Assembly (NCBI GenBank): GCA_963745025.1
Contig: CAVUWD010000011.1
Location: 384,001 to 448,000 of the forward strand
Length of the DNA stretch: 64,000 nucleotides
Reading direction: 5' to 3'
Origin: an uncultured delta proteobacterium
Lineage (GTDB): Bacteria; Desulfobacterota; Binatia; JACPRU01
Of the stretch, positions 50,132 through 59,394 are shown piece by piece (position 1 is the stretch's first letter; each line of letters begins with the position of its first letter). The notes under the pieces were generated by a model, which worked only from the letters and a program-made list of their open reading frames with translations, did not search any database and was not told the DNA's origin. Position numbers and translations under genes: made by a program.

Positions 50132-50411
50132 TTCCCCGCCCTTCCAGCACCCCCATGGCTTCGAGCGCCTCTGCCTCGAGGCGAGCGCGGAGCCGCCGAT
50201 AATCTTGGTCCGAAAGCTTCCCCAAGTGAAAATCGAACTCCGCTTCCTTGATCGCGGCGAGCGCTTCCTCCTTTTGCTTGCGCCAGCGCTCTTCGCGAGG
50301 CGACTCGGGTGCGGGCAGAAGCAGAAGCGGCAGTGCGAAAAGCGGGCCCGCCACCGCCCAGGCGACGACAGCGATGAGCCCGAGGCCGGCGACGTAGAGG
50401 AGAAGGCTCAC
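50115..50411 (-). CDS. Membrane protein, CcmI N-terminal-like
   Basis: TM helix then AIKEAEFDFHLGKLSDQDY; in the ccm operon. Confidence 0.7.
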   Translation of the reverse strand: MSLLLYVAGLGLIAVVAWAVAGPLFALPLLLLPAPESPREERWRKQKEEALAAIKEAEFDFHLGKLSDQDYRRLRARLEAEALEAMGVLEGRGSGDAG

Positions 50412-50878
50412 CGTTCGCCCTTCGCCAACTCCGCCTCCAGCCGACCGCGATCGTGCTCAGAGATCTCCGCCCGAGGTGCCGTGGATGCGGCATCGGCACG
50501 CGCGGTCGCAGTCCAGCGCCGGACACTCACGGTGAGCACCACCGCGCCCATGCCGATCAGCGCGAACGGGAGGAGCCATGCGCTCAGATTGAAGCCCTCC
50601 GGCACCGGCGCGGAGAGGATCTTTTCACCATAGGTGTCGCGGAAGTGGAGCAGGATCTCGTCCTGCGAAAGGCCCTGGTCGACCAACGTGCGGACTTCCT
50701 GTTTCAGCGGAATCCCCGAGCCGCACTGCAGGTGATTACACGAGTGAACCGTCAACCCGCAGCCGCACTGGCAGGTGAGCGACTCTTCGATCTCTTTGGT
50801 CGTCACCGCAGCCGACGCGCCGGCCGACGCGAAGACCACGAGCCCAAAAAGAGCGGCCGCCAGCCTCCGGTGTCGCAC
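50408..50878 (-). CDS. ccmH: Cytochrome c biogenesis protein CcmH
   Basis: LTCQCGC..., YGEKILSAP, WLLP + TM. Confidence 0.85.
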   Translation of the reverse strand: MRHRRLAAALFGLVVFASAGASAAVTTKEIEESLTCQCGCGLTVHSCNHLQCGSGIPLKQEVRTLVDQGLSQDEILLHFRDTYGEKILSAPVPEGFNLSAWLLPFALIGMGAVVLTVSVRRWTATARADAASTAPRAEISEHDRGRLEAELAKGER

Positions 50879-52900
50879 TCAGGATTCCTCGGCCCGGGAT
50901 AGCGCCGCCGACGTCTCCCGCGCCTGGATCGTCGCGCGCACGTGTCGCTCCGCAGGTGTCGGCGTCATCACCACGGCTGTGCCGATCATCATCACGGCGC
51001 CGCCGATCCAGAGCCAGGACACGAGGGGGTTCAAGAAGGTTTGAAACGTGACGAGCCCGCTCGACGGATCGAGAGCGCCGAGCACCAGATAGAGGTCCTC
51101 GCGGAGGGTCTTGCGAATCGCCACCTCCGTCGTTGGCTGCCCCGGCCGCTTGTAGAAGCGCTTTTCCGGCCGGAGCACGCCGATCGACTGACCGGCGCGA
51201 AGCACCGTCACTTCGGCGCGGGTGATCGACAGATGCGGGCTGTCCTCCTTGGTGAGACGATCGAAGCGAAGCTGGTAGCGACCGATGGAGAAGGTCTGCC
51301 CTTCGGCGACCGTCGCTTGCACCTCGTCCTTGAAGAGCGAGGAGCCGGTGATGCCGAGGAAGACCAGAACGATCCCGAGGTGAATGACGTAGCCCCCATA
51401 CCGGCGGTGATTCTTCGAAACCAAGTGAGCGAGCGCGGTAACCGCCGATTCCCCGACGAGCGTCTGGCGAGCGCGCGCGCCGCGGTAGAATTCCAAGGCG
51501 ATCGTCGCAGTCACGAACGAGCAGAGCGAGAACGAAACCAGGCCCGCAAGCTGCCGCATGCCGAGCGCGAAGAGCGCGAGCCCGCTGGCGAAGCCGAACG
51601 CGAGCGGGCCCGCGAAGTTCCGCTGGAGATTCCGCGGCGTGGCGCGTCGCCAGGCAATGATCGGGCCGATGCCGGTGAGAAAGAGCAGGCTGAGGCCGAG
51701 GGGGGCGTTCACCTTGTTGAAGAACGGCGGGCCGACGGTGATCTTCACGCCGCGAACCCATTCCGAGATCACCGGGAAGATCGTTCCCCAGAAGACCGTG
51801 AAACAGATGCCGAGCAGGATCAGGTTGTTGAAGAGGAACGCGGCCTCGCGCGAGAAGAAGGACTCGAGCTGGTTCTGCGAGCGCAGCAGCGGCAGGCGCC
51901 AGATCACCAGACCGACCGACACGGCCAGCGCGCCCGCCAGGAACCAGAGGAAGAACGGCCCGAGCCCCGACTGCGTGAAGCTGTGCACCGACGAGATGAC
52001 TCCCGAGCGCGTGAGGAACGTGCCGAAGATCGTCAGCGCGAAGGCGAGGATGATGAGCGAGACGTTCCACACCTTCAGCATGTCCTTCTTTTCCTGGATC
52101 ATCACCGAGTGGAGAAACGCCGTCATCACGAGCCACGGCATGAAGGCAGCGTTCTCGACGGGATCCCACGCCCAGTAGCCTCCCCAGCCGAGCACCTCGT
52201 AGGCCCAGGCGCCGCCGAACACGTTCCCAAGCGTCAAGAAGCACCAGGCAAAGAGCGTCCAGCGCCGCGTGGAGCGGATCCACGCATCGCCGAGCTGGCC
52301 GGTGGCGAGCGCAGCGATGCAAAAGGCGAACGGAACGCTCACCGTCACGTAGCCCGTGTACAGCGACGGCGGGTGGATCATCATCCAGTAGTTCTGGAGC
52401 AAGGGATTCAGATCGGAGCCCTCGCTCGGCGCAAACGGAAGCCGTCGGAAGGCGGGAACCACGAAGACGAGCAGCGACAGGAAGAAGAGACTGATCGTCA
52501 TGAGCGTCGCCGTGACGTAGGGCATGAGCAGGCGATGACGATCGCGGTTTTGCACGTGCACGATCGTCGACGAGAGATTCAGGACGAAGAGCCAGAGAAG
52601 CAGGCTTCCCGCCATTCCCCCCCAGAGCGCCGCAACCGTGTACTGGAGGGGCAGCGTGCTCGAGGAGTAGCTGGCGACGTACTCGATCTGCAGATCACGC
52701 GTGATGAGCGCGTGCAGCATGATCGCGACGGCCGCGACAACGCAGCCGAAGACGGCGAGCGCGGCGCGGCGGCCGCTGGCGACGAACTCGCCCTTCGCCC
52801 CGCGCGCGCCGTAGACGCACGCGACGATGGAATAGAGCGCGAGGCACCAGGCGAGCTGGAGAGCCAACGTGCCGAGGTCGGAGAGATGGATCCGATCCAT
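50879..52900 (-). CDS. ccmF: Cytochrome c heme lyase CcmF
   Basis: IHPP, WWD motif WGGYWAWDPVEN, SVHSF. Confidence 0.97.
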   Translation of the reverse strand: MDRIHLSDLGTLALQLAWCLALYSIVACVYGARGAKGEFVASGRRAALAVFGCVVAAVAIMLHALITRDLQIEYVASYSSSTLPLQYTVAALWGGMAGSLLLWLFVLNLSSTIVHVQNRDRHRLLMPYVTATLMTISLFFLSLLVFVVPAFRRLPFAPSEGSDLNPLLQNYWMMIHPPSLYTGYVTVSVPFAFCIAALATGQLGDAWIRSTRRWTLFAWCFLTLGNVFGGAWAYEVLGWGGYWAWDPVENAAFMPWLVMTAFLHSVMIQEKKDMLKVWNVSLIILAFALTIFGTFLTRSGVISSVHSFTQSGLGPFFLWFLAGALAVSVGLVIWRLPLLRSQNQLESFFSREAAFLFNNLILLGICFTVFWGTIFPVISEWVRGVKITVGPPFFNKVNAPLGLSLLFLTGIGPIIAWRRATPRNLQRNFAGPLAFGFASGLALFALGMRQLAGLVSFSLCSFVTATIALEFYRGARARQTLVGESAVTALAHLVSKNHRRYGGYVIHLGIVLVFLGITGSSLFKDEVQATVAEGQTFSIGRYQLRFDRLTKEDSPHLSITRAEVTVLRAGQSIGVLRPEKRFYKRPGQPTTEVAIRKTLREDLYLVLGALDPSSGLVTFQTFLNPLVSWLWIGGAVMMIGTAVVMTPTPAERHVRATIQARETSAALSRAEES

Positions 52901-52905
52901 CTGCG

Positions 52906-52978
52906 CTAGCTCGACAGTCTGCGCGGCCGGAGCCGGGGTCGCGACCAACGGGAGCGATTCATCATTGCAGCCTCCTAG
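52906..52978. repeat. CTAG-bounded ~70-bp element, copy 1 (between ccmE and ccmF)
   Basis: CTAG...GGCCGGAGCCGG..TCGCGACCAACGGGAGCGAT...GCAGCCTCCTAG. Confidence 0.85.
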
Positions 52979-53418
52979 CCCTGGCGGTCCGGGGCCGATT
53001 TGCCGGCTTCGGCCGCCGTCTTGGCCTCGTACTTCGACGGGCAACTGGTGAGCACCTGGCTCGCCTCGAGCACCCCGCTCGTGTAGCGGCCCTCGACGAT
53101 CACGTCCCGGCCGTCGGCGAACATGTCGGGCTTGATGCCGGTGAACGACACGGGCAGCGAAAGCTCCTGCCGATTCGCGTCCGAGAACTCCGCGAGATGG
53201 AACCGCAGGCGAAGCGACTTCGCATCGTAGTCGATCGACCCGGGCTGAACGCGACCGGCCACGCGCAGGGGCATGTTCCCGTACTGCTCCCGCTTCGGCA
53301 GGAATTCCTGGATCGTCAAGTAATACGCAGAGGTTTCACGGATTCCCGTGTACATCAGGTAGCCGATGGTGGCGACGATCACCATCGCGCCGACCACGAA
53401 GCGTAGATTTCGGTTCAC
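52975..53418 (-). CDS. ccmE: Heme chaperone CcmE, CxxxY variant
   Basis: LRVAGRV.PGS, PDMF..GRDVIVEG, motif CPSKY. Confidence 0.93.
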   Translation of the reverse strand: MNRNLRFVVGAMVIVATIGYLMYTGIRETSAYYLTIQEFLPKREQYGNMPLRVAGRVQPGSIDYDAKSLRLRFHLAEFSDANRQELSLPVSFTGIKPDMFADGRDVIVEGRYTSGVLEASQVLTSCPSKYEAKTAAEAGKSAPDRQG

Positions 53419-53471
53419 GAATCCAAATCCTCCTGCCGAAGCGTAGTGGATAAGGCTCCGGACGGCAACTG

Positions 53472-53537
53472 GGCTACCGGCTACAGGCTACAGGAAAAGA
53501 CTCCGTGCGCCTTTCCCGTAGCCTGTAGCCGGTCGCC
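53472..53537. repeat. Inverted repeat built from GGCTACA heptamers
   Basis: GGCTACCGGCTACAGGCTACAGGAAAAG / CTTTCCCGTAGCCTGTAGCCGGTCGCC in the divergent ccmE-pepP gap. Confidence 0.8.
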
Positions 53538-53672
53538 GTCTTTAGACCACATGAGTCCAGGCGACCGGCGCGGTTCGGGCGCTCTCGGCCTCGGGCGGTG
53601 CGGACGGGTTTGTCGTCGAAGTTTGCCACGGCCCCGAGCGTCCATTAGTCTCGCCGTCGTCGGATTGCAAAG

Positions 53673-54998
53673 ATGCGCGCGCCGCTCGATCCCTCCGTCT
53701 TCGCCGACCGCCGGAAGCGTTTTCTCGCCGAGCTGCCGGCCGGCTCTTTGGCGCTCCTTCCGGCCGCGCCCGTCGCGATCCGCTCCGGCGACGTGGAGTA
53801 CCCCTACCGCCAAGACAACGACTTCTACTACCTGACCGGTTTTTCCGAGCCAGAGGCGCTCTGCCTGCTCGACACGGTCGGCGCCGAGCGCTTCATCCTC
53901 TTCGTCCTGCCACGCGATCCCGACCGCGAGACGTGGACGGGCAAGCGCTCCGGCGCCGAGGGGGCCCGCGACCGCTATCGGGCTGACGCCGCTCATACGA
54001 TCGAGCAGTTCGAGGACGTCTTCGCAAAGCTTCTCGACGGGCGTGACCGACTCTACTTCGCGCTCGGCCGTCACGAGCGGCTGAATCAACGCGTGCTCGA
54101 ACAGGTGCGGCGCTCACAGGCGACGCGCGAGCGCTCAGGCGCGCCGGCGCTCGCTCTGGTCTCGCCGGCCGACGTTCTCCACGAGATGCGCCTTCACAAG
54201 GCGCCCGAGGAGATCGAGCGCATGCGGCGCGCAGTGACGATCAGCGCCGTGGCGCACCGCGAGGCGCTCTTGGCCGCTCGGCCCGGGGCGAACGAGCACG
54301 AGATCGAGGCGACCATCGACTTCGTGTTCCGGCGACTGGGCGGCACGGGACCGGCCTACCCGTCGATCGTGGCCTCGGGCCGGAACGCGACGATCCTCCA
54401 CTACACGGAAAACTCCCGCGAGCTCGAGGACGGAGACTTGCTGCTGATCGATGCAGGCGCGGAATACGACCATTATTGCGCGGACGTCACGCGCGCCTAC
54501 CCCGTCGCTGCCACCTTCTCGGCGGAGCAGCGGCAAGTCTACGAAATCGTGCTCGCTGCCCAGAAGGCAGCCATCGAGAAGGTATCGCCCGGCGTGACGT
54601 TCGACGACGTCCACGGCGTGGCGCTGCGAGGCCTCGTCGAGGGTCTCTGCTCGCTCGGCGTTCTCTCGACGTCCGTCGACGAGGCGATCGACAAGACCGC
54701 CTACCGGCCCTTTTTCATGCACCGCACCAGCCACTGGCTCGGCATGGATGTCCACGACGTCGGCAAGTACCGGCTGGGTGACAAGTCGCGGGTGCTGGAG
54801 CCCGGGATGGTGCTGACGGTCGAGCCCGGACTCTACTTCTCCGAGAGCGGGGACGGAGGAGCGGCGCGGCTTCACGGGATCGGCATCCGCATCGAGGACG
54901 ACGTGCTCGTCACCGAGCACGGCCACGAGGTCCTTACCGCTGAGATCCCCAAGGAGATCGGCGATCTCGAGCGTCTCGCCCGCGAGCGCCCGCGGTAG
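53673..54998 (+). CDS. pepP: Xaa-Pro aminopeptidase
   Basis: YRQDNDFYYLTGF, LHY, IDAG, HWLGMDVHD, TVEPG, GIRIEDD. Confidence 0.95.
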   Translation: MRAPLDPSVFADRRKRFLAELPAGSLALLPAAPVAIRSGDVEYPYRQDNDFYYLTGFSEPEALCLLDTVGAERFILFVLPRDPDRETWTGKRSGAEGARDRYRADAAHTIEQFEDVFAKLLDGRDRLYFALGRHERLNQRVLEQVRRSQATRERSGAPALALVSPADVLHEMRLHKAPEEIERMRRAVTISAVAHREALLAARPGANEHEIEATIDFVFRRLGGTGPAYPSIVASGRNATILHYTENSRELEDGDLLLIDAGAEYDHYCADVTRAYPVAATFSAEQRQVYEIVLAAQKAAIEKVSPGVTFDDVHGVALRGLVEGLCSLGVLSTSVDEAIDKTAYRPFFMHRTSHWLGMDVHDVGKYRLGDKSRVLEPGMVLTVEPGLYFSESGDGGAARLHGIGIRIEDDVLVTEHGHEVLTAEIPKEIGDLERLARERPR

Positions 54999-55142
54999 CT
55001 CCCTCCGGTTCGTCGATTCGCTGACTGCGCGCGGCGTAACCAATGGTGACGTCGTGACATCTTTTCAGCAGGTCTGCACAAAAAATCGTCGCGCGGGACG
55101 CATCGCGGCGAAAATAGCCCCGGAAATACGGCAACTCGAAAT

Positions 55143-55158
55143 CGGGCATGGGGTTTGC
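55143..55158 (+). promoter_or_regulatory. Putative sigma-54 promoter
   Basis: GGCAT-N5-TTGC with exact GG-N10-GC spacing, 28 bp before an ATG with a GGAGG RBS. Confidence 0.45.
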
Positions 55159-55186
55159 GTGACTAGGAGGATGGAGGTCGCCCGCG

Positions 55187-55390
55187 ATGACCAGCACGAC
55201 GCTCGCCGGGAAACGATGCCGCACCAGCAAGTGGGTGAACGGCCCGGGTGGACGGGTCGAGCCCATGTCCGAGGGAAGGATACGCTACGTGTCGGAGAAT
55301 GTCGGTCGCTTGATCGTGTTAGTAGACTGGGACAAGGGTGGTTCCAGCGTGCTCTTCCCCGAAGAGATCGAGCTTCTCGACGCGGCGTAG
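55187..55390 (+). CDS. Small hypothetical protein (67 aa, SH3-like pattern)
   Basis: Strong RBS; G.I.YV....G..IVLVDWDKG..SVLFPEEIE. Confidence 0.6.
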   Translation: MTSTTLAGKRCRTSKWVNGPGGRVEPMSEGRIRYVSENVGRLIVLVDWDKGGSSVLFPEEIELLDAA

Positions 55391-55399
55391 CCGACGACG

Positions 55400-55470
55400 C
55401 TAGCCGGGTAGGTTGCCTGGCCGGAGCCGGTTCGCGACCAACGGGAGCGATCTGTGGCGCAGTCTCCTAA
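55400..55470. repeat. CTAG-bounded element, copy 2
   Basis: CTAG...TCGCGACCAACGGGAGCGATCTGTGGCGCAGTCTCCTAA. Confidence 0.85.
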
Positions 55471-55757
55471 CCGCCGTTTCGCCGCAGATACGAGTCGATC
55501 GTCATTCGCTCGTCCAGGCTGAGCGGCGGCTGGCGAGCTTCGTGGATGCGCTGATCCATTCGGGGAAGCACCATGTTCCAGAGAGGATACTTCATGCTCG
55601 ACGGCTGGAAGGGAGAGTGACAGGTGGTCCCGCAGCGTTGTCGATAGAGCTCCGCCGCGGCCGAGCCCTCCTCCGGAAGCGGTCTCGTGCACCCGGTAAG
55701 GATCGACAGGGCGCCGAGCGCCGCGACGCCGAGCCCAATGATCCCTTTACCCCCCAT
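55467..55757 (-). CDS. Small monoheme cytochrome c-like lipoprotein with CX3CH motif
   Basis: Lipobox LTGC; YRQRCGTTCH; W....PRM distal Met; I.SYL. Confidence 0.7.
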   Translation of the reverse strand: MGGKGIIGLGVAALGALSILTGCTRPLPEEGSAAAELYRQRCGTTCHSPFQPSSMKYPLWNMVLPRMDQRIHEARQPPLSLDERMTIDSYLRRNGG

Positions 55758-55782
55758 CGTCATTCGCGTACGGTGACGAGGC

Positions 55783-56463
55783 ATGTCGTATCGTGCTCTC
55801 ACGGTCGTCGCGGTTCCTTTCGCGCTCGTCATTACCTCCTCCACACCGGCTCTCGCCTTTCATTCGCTGGCCGATCACGTCAAGAACGGTCCAGCGGCGG
55901 CGAACGCTCGGGAGTCGTTCCGCTGCCTCGATCGCGGCGATGAGAGCGACGACGACACCGTCAAGCTCGACTGGTACGGCCGCGGCAAGGATCTCGCCGA
56001 GCAAGCGATCCGGCAAGACGATATGAGCCCGGATGCCCATTTCGCTCTGTTCGCGAACTGGGGGCGATGGCTGCAGACCGACGGGTGGCTGAAAAACTCG
56101 TACCACCTTCCCGCGCTTCACCGCGAGCTCGACCGCGCGCTCGAGCTCGATCCCAATTATGCCGACGCGCTCGCAGCCAAAGGCGGCCTCTATCTCCAGC
56201 TCCCGCGCTTTCTCGGCGGTGACGCCGTCAAGGCCGAGACGCTGCTGGTGCGCGCGATCGAGCTCGATCCCGCCGCCGTGGGCGCCCGGCTCGAGCTCGC
56301 CGATCGCTACCTGTACCTCGATCGCCGCGATGAGGCGCGGGATCTCAGCGGCACGGCGCTGCGCCTGGCCATCGAGCAGGGGAAGCCTCACTTCGTCAGC
56401 CGTGCCGCCAAGCTCTTAGAGGAAATCGGGCCGCCGCCGACACACGCGGAAGCGAAGCGCTAG
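55783..56463 (+). CDS. Exported TPR protein
   Basis: Signal peptide; RALELDPNYADA, LPRFLGGD, RAIELDP. Confidence 0.8.
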   Translation: MSYRALTVVAVPFALVITSSTPALAFHSLADHVKNGPAAANARESFRCLDRGDESDDDTVKLDWYGRGKDLAEQAIRQDDMSPDAHFALFANWGRWLQTDGWLKNSYHLPALHRELDRALELDPNYADALAAKGGLYLQLPRFLGGDAVKAETLLVRAIELDPAAVGARLELADRYLYLDRRDEARDLSGTALRLAIEQGKPHFVSRAAKLLEEIGPPPTHAEAKR

Positions 56464-56597
56464 CTCGGCAGGATGCTGCATCCCCTTTGATCGCGCCCAA
56501 CGGGCGCGATCCGTGGCGCAGTCTCCTAGCCCGGCAGGATGCTTCGGCCGAAGATGGTTCGCGAGCAACGGGAGCGATCCGTGACGCAGTCTCCTAG
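56460..56597. repeat. CTAG-bounded element, tandem copies 3 and 4
   Basis: CTAG at 56460, 56526 and 56594; units share the central CTAG. Confidence 0.88.
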
Positions 56598-56620
56598 GTC
56601 TCCCCGCGACTCCGATCGAC

Positions 56621-58294
56621 CTACGACGTCACGGCACCGAGCGATGCCGATGACACGTGGCGCGCATATTTCGCCATCACGCCGCTTGCGTAGCGGGGCT
56701 CCGGGGGTGTCCAGGCAGCGAGGCGCTTCTTCATCTCTTCGTCGCTGATCTCGACGTCGAGCCGACGTGCGGTGATATCGAAGGAGACGACGTCGCCCTC
56801 GCGGACCGCGGCGATCGGCCCCCCCACTTGCGCTTCGGGCGCGACGTGCCCGGCCATGAGTCCGCGCGTGGCTCCCGAGAATCGGCCGTCGGTGAGCAGC
56901 GCCACCGTGTCGCCGAGCCCCTCGCCGACCAGCGCCGCGGTCACGCCGAGCATCTCGCGCATTCCGGGCCCGCCCTTCGGGCCTTCATAGCGGATGACGA
57001 CGACGTCTCCGGGCTTGATCCTTCCGGCGCGTACCGCACCGAAGGAATCTTCCTCGCACTCGAAGACGCGCGCCGGACCCCGGTGAGTCAACCGCTCGTG
57101 GCCCGCGACCTTCACCACGCAGCCCTCGGGCGCCAGGTTCCCCTTGAGAATGACGAGGCCGCCGGTCGCCTTGAGCGGCCGATCGAGCGTCACCACCACC
57201 TTCTGGCCGGCCGTCTCCTTCGCGCCGCGGGCTTCTTCGCCTACGGTCTTGCCAGTGACCGTCGGCTGCTTCTCGTGGAGCAGGCCGGCAGCGGCCAGCC
57301 GCTGCGCGACCAGCGGCACGCCCCCGGCGTGATAGAGGTCGGTCGCCACGTACTTGCCGCCGGGAACGAGGTCGACGATCAACGGGGTCTTGCGGCTGAT
57401 GATGTCGAAGTCGTCGATCGAGAGAGGCACTCCGGCCTCGCGGGCCACGGCGAGAAGATGCAGCACGCCGTTCGTCGAGCCACCAGAGGCGACCACGCCG
57501 GCGATCGCGTTCTCGATCGATGCGCGGGTGATGATCGCGCGCGCGGTCACACCGCGGCGAAGCAGGTCCATCACCAGCTCGCCGCAGCGATAGGCCGCGC
57601 GATCCTTCTCCTCGAGCATCGCCGGAACACCGTTGGCCCCCATCGGCGAGATGCCGAGCATCTCGAAGGCCATCGCCATCGTGTTCGCCGTGTACTGGCC
57701 GCCGCACGCGCCCGGGCCGGGACAGACGACGTTCTCGAGCTCGGCCAGATCGGCGTCCGAGATCTTGCCCGCGGCGTGGGCGCCGACCGCCTCGAAGATG
57801 TCCCCGACCGCGACGTTCCTGCCGCGGAAGCGACCGGGGGCAATCGAGCCCCCGTAGAGCATCAACGACGGGAGATCGAGGCGTGCCAGCGCCATGACCG
57901 TGCCGGGGATCGTCTTGTCGCACCCCGAGATCGCGACGACTGCATCGAAGAGGTATCCGCGCGTGGCGAGCTCGATCGAGTCGGCGATCACCTCGCGAGA
58001 GATGAGCGACGTCTTCATTGCCTCCGTCCCCATGCTGATCCCGTCCGAAACCGCGATCGTGTTGAATTCGAGCGGCGTGCCGCCCGCGGCTCGAACGCCT
58101 TGCTTCACTTTCTCGGACAGACGGCGGAGATGAAAATTGCAAGGCATCGCATCGGTCCAGGTATTCGCCACCGCCACCAAAGGTTTCTTCAGGTCGTCGT
58201 CGGTGAGGCCGATGGCTTTGAAGTAGGACCGCGCCGGAGCGCGGTCGGGGCCGTCGAGGAGGCGGCGGCTCTTGGCACGGATGTCGTTTTCCAT
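56621..58294 (-). CDS. ilvD: Dihydroxy-acid dehydratase
   Basis: [49 protein letters not shown]. Confidence 0.97.
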   Translation of the reverse strand: MENDIRAKSRRLLDGPDRAPARSYFKAIGLTDDDLKKPLVAVANTWTDAMPCNFHLRRLSEKVKQGVRAAGGTPLEFNTIAVSDGISMGTEAMKTSLISREVIADSIELATRGYLFDAVVAISGCDKTIPGTVMALARLDLPSLMLYGGSIAPGRFRGRNVAVGDIFEAVGAHAAGKISDADLAELENVVCPGPGACGGQYTANTMAMAFEMLGISPMGANGVPAMLEEKDRAAYRCGELVMDLLRRGVTARAIITRASIENAIAGVVASGGSTNGVLHLLAVAREAGVPLSIDDFDIISRKTPLIVDLVPGGKYVATDLYHAGGVPLVAQRLAAAGLLHEKQPTVTGKTVGEEARGAKETAGQKVVVTLDRPLKATGGLVILKGNLAPEGCVVKVAGHERLTHRGPARVFECEEDSFGAVRAGRIKPGDVVVIRYEGPKGGPGMREMLGVTAALVGEGLGDTVALLTDGRFSGATRGLMAGHVAPEAQVGGPIAAVREGDVVSFDITARRLDVEISDEEMKKRLAAWTPPEPRYASGVMAKYARHVSSASLGAVTS

Positions 58295-58416
58295 GCGGCG
58301 GAAGTTACTGGGAGCCCCGCACGCCTGCAAGGGAGAGGGGCAGTGGGGACGTGACCCTTCGCCCGCCGTCCAGTAGAATCTCAGCCCGAGAGATGGCCAG
58401 ACGAGAATCCTCGCGC

Positions 58417-59319
58417 ATGACGGCGGTGGAGACGTTCCTGCTCGAATTCCAGGACCGCGTGACGAGCGCGCTCGAGGAGGAAGACGGTCAAGCCCGCTTC
58501 GAGGACGAGCGCATCGACGGCGACGGAGGCGGCTTCGCGAGGCCGCGGGTGCTTTCAGACGGGCCCGTGCTCGAGCGCGCTGCCGTGAATTTTTCGCACA
58601 CGGTCGGCCGCGACCTGCCGGCGCCCGCGACGGCTCGGCGGCCCGAGCTCGCCGGCGCCAGCTACGACGCGATCTCGGTCTCGCTGATCGTGCATCCTCG
58701 AAATCCGTACGCGCCGACGAGCCACGCGAACTTCCGCTTGTTCCTCGCGACACGCGACGGCCAAGAGCCCGCCTGGTGGTTCGGTGGCGGGTTCGATCTG
58801 ACGCCCTACTACGGCTTCGAGGAAGATGCGGTTCATTGGCACCGCTCGGCGAAGGAGGCCTGCGACCCGTTCGGCGCCGAGCTCTACGCGCGCTACAAGC
58901 GGGCGTGCGATGAATATTTTTTTCTCAAACATCGCGACGAGCCCCGCGGCATCGGCGGTCTCTTCTTCGACGACCTTACCGAGGGCGGCTTCGAGCGCTC
59001 GTTCGCTTTCGTGCGCAGCGTCGCCGAGCACTATCTCCTCGGCTATCGCCCGATCCTCGCACGGCGAAAGCGTCATCCGTTCGGGGAGCGCGAGCGCTCG
59101 TTTCAGCTCTTCCGCCGCGGCCGCTACGTGGAGTTCAACTTGATTTACGATCGCGGCACGCGCTTCGGCCTGCAGTCGGGGGGGCGCGTCGAATCGATCC
59201 TCGCCTCGCTGCCGCCGCTGGTGTCGTGGCGCTACGGCTGGCGACCCGAGCCGGGAACGGCGGAAGCCGAGCTCTACGAGAAGTTTCTGCGACCGCGTGA
59301 CTGGATCCGCACCGAGTGA
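58417..59319 (+). CDS. hemF: Oxygen-dependent coproporphyrinogen III oxidase (alternative start 58393)
   Basis: [42 protein letters not shown]. Confidence 0.97.
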   Translation: MTAVETFLLEFQDRVTSALEEEDGQARFEDERIDGDGGGFARPRVLSDGPVLERAAVNFSHTVGRDLPAPATARRPELAGASYDAISVSLIVHPRNPYAPTSHANFRLFLATRDGQEPAWWFGGGFDLTPYYGFEEDAVHWHRSAKEACDPFGAELYARYKRACDEYFFLKHRDEPRGIGGLFFDDLTEGGFERSFAFVRSVAEHYLLGYRPILARRKRHPFGERERSFQLFRRGRYVEFNLIYDRGTRFGLQSGGRVESILASLPPLVSWRYGWRPEPGTAEAELYEKFLRPRDWIRTE

Positions 59320-59394
59320 TCAGGCCGCGACCACATGCTCGGTCGGTCCGCAGCGATTCGTCCTCGGCCGAAAGGGGGCCGCGTCCCGCGTTCC

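Noticed and set aside
56460-56597. Tandem repeats as a CRISPR array
   Set aside because: Whole units are homologous with no unique spacers, only two adjacent units, and no cas genes
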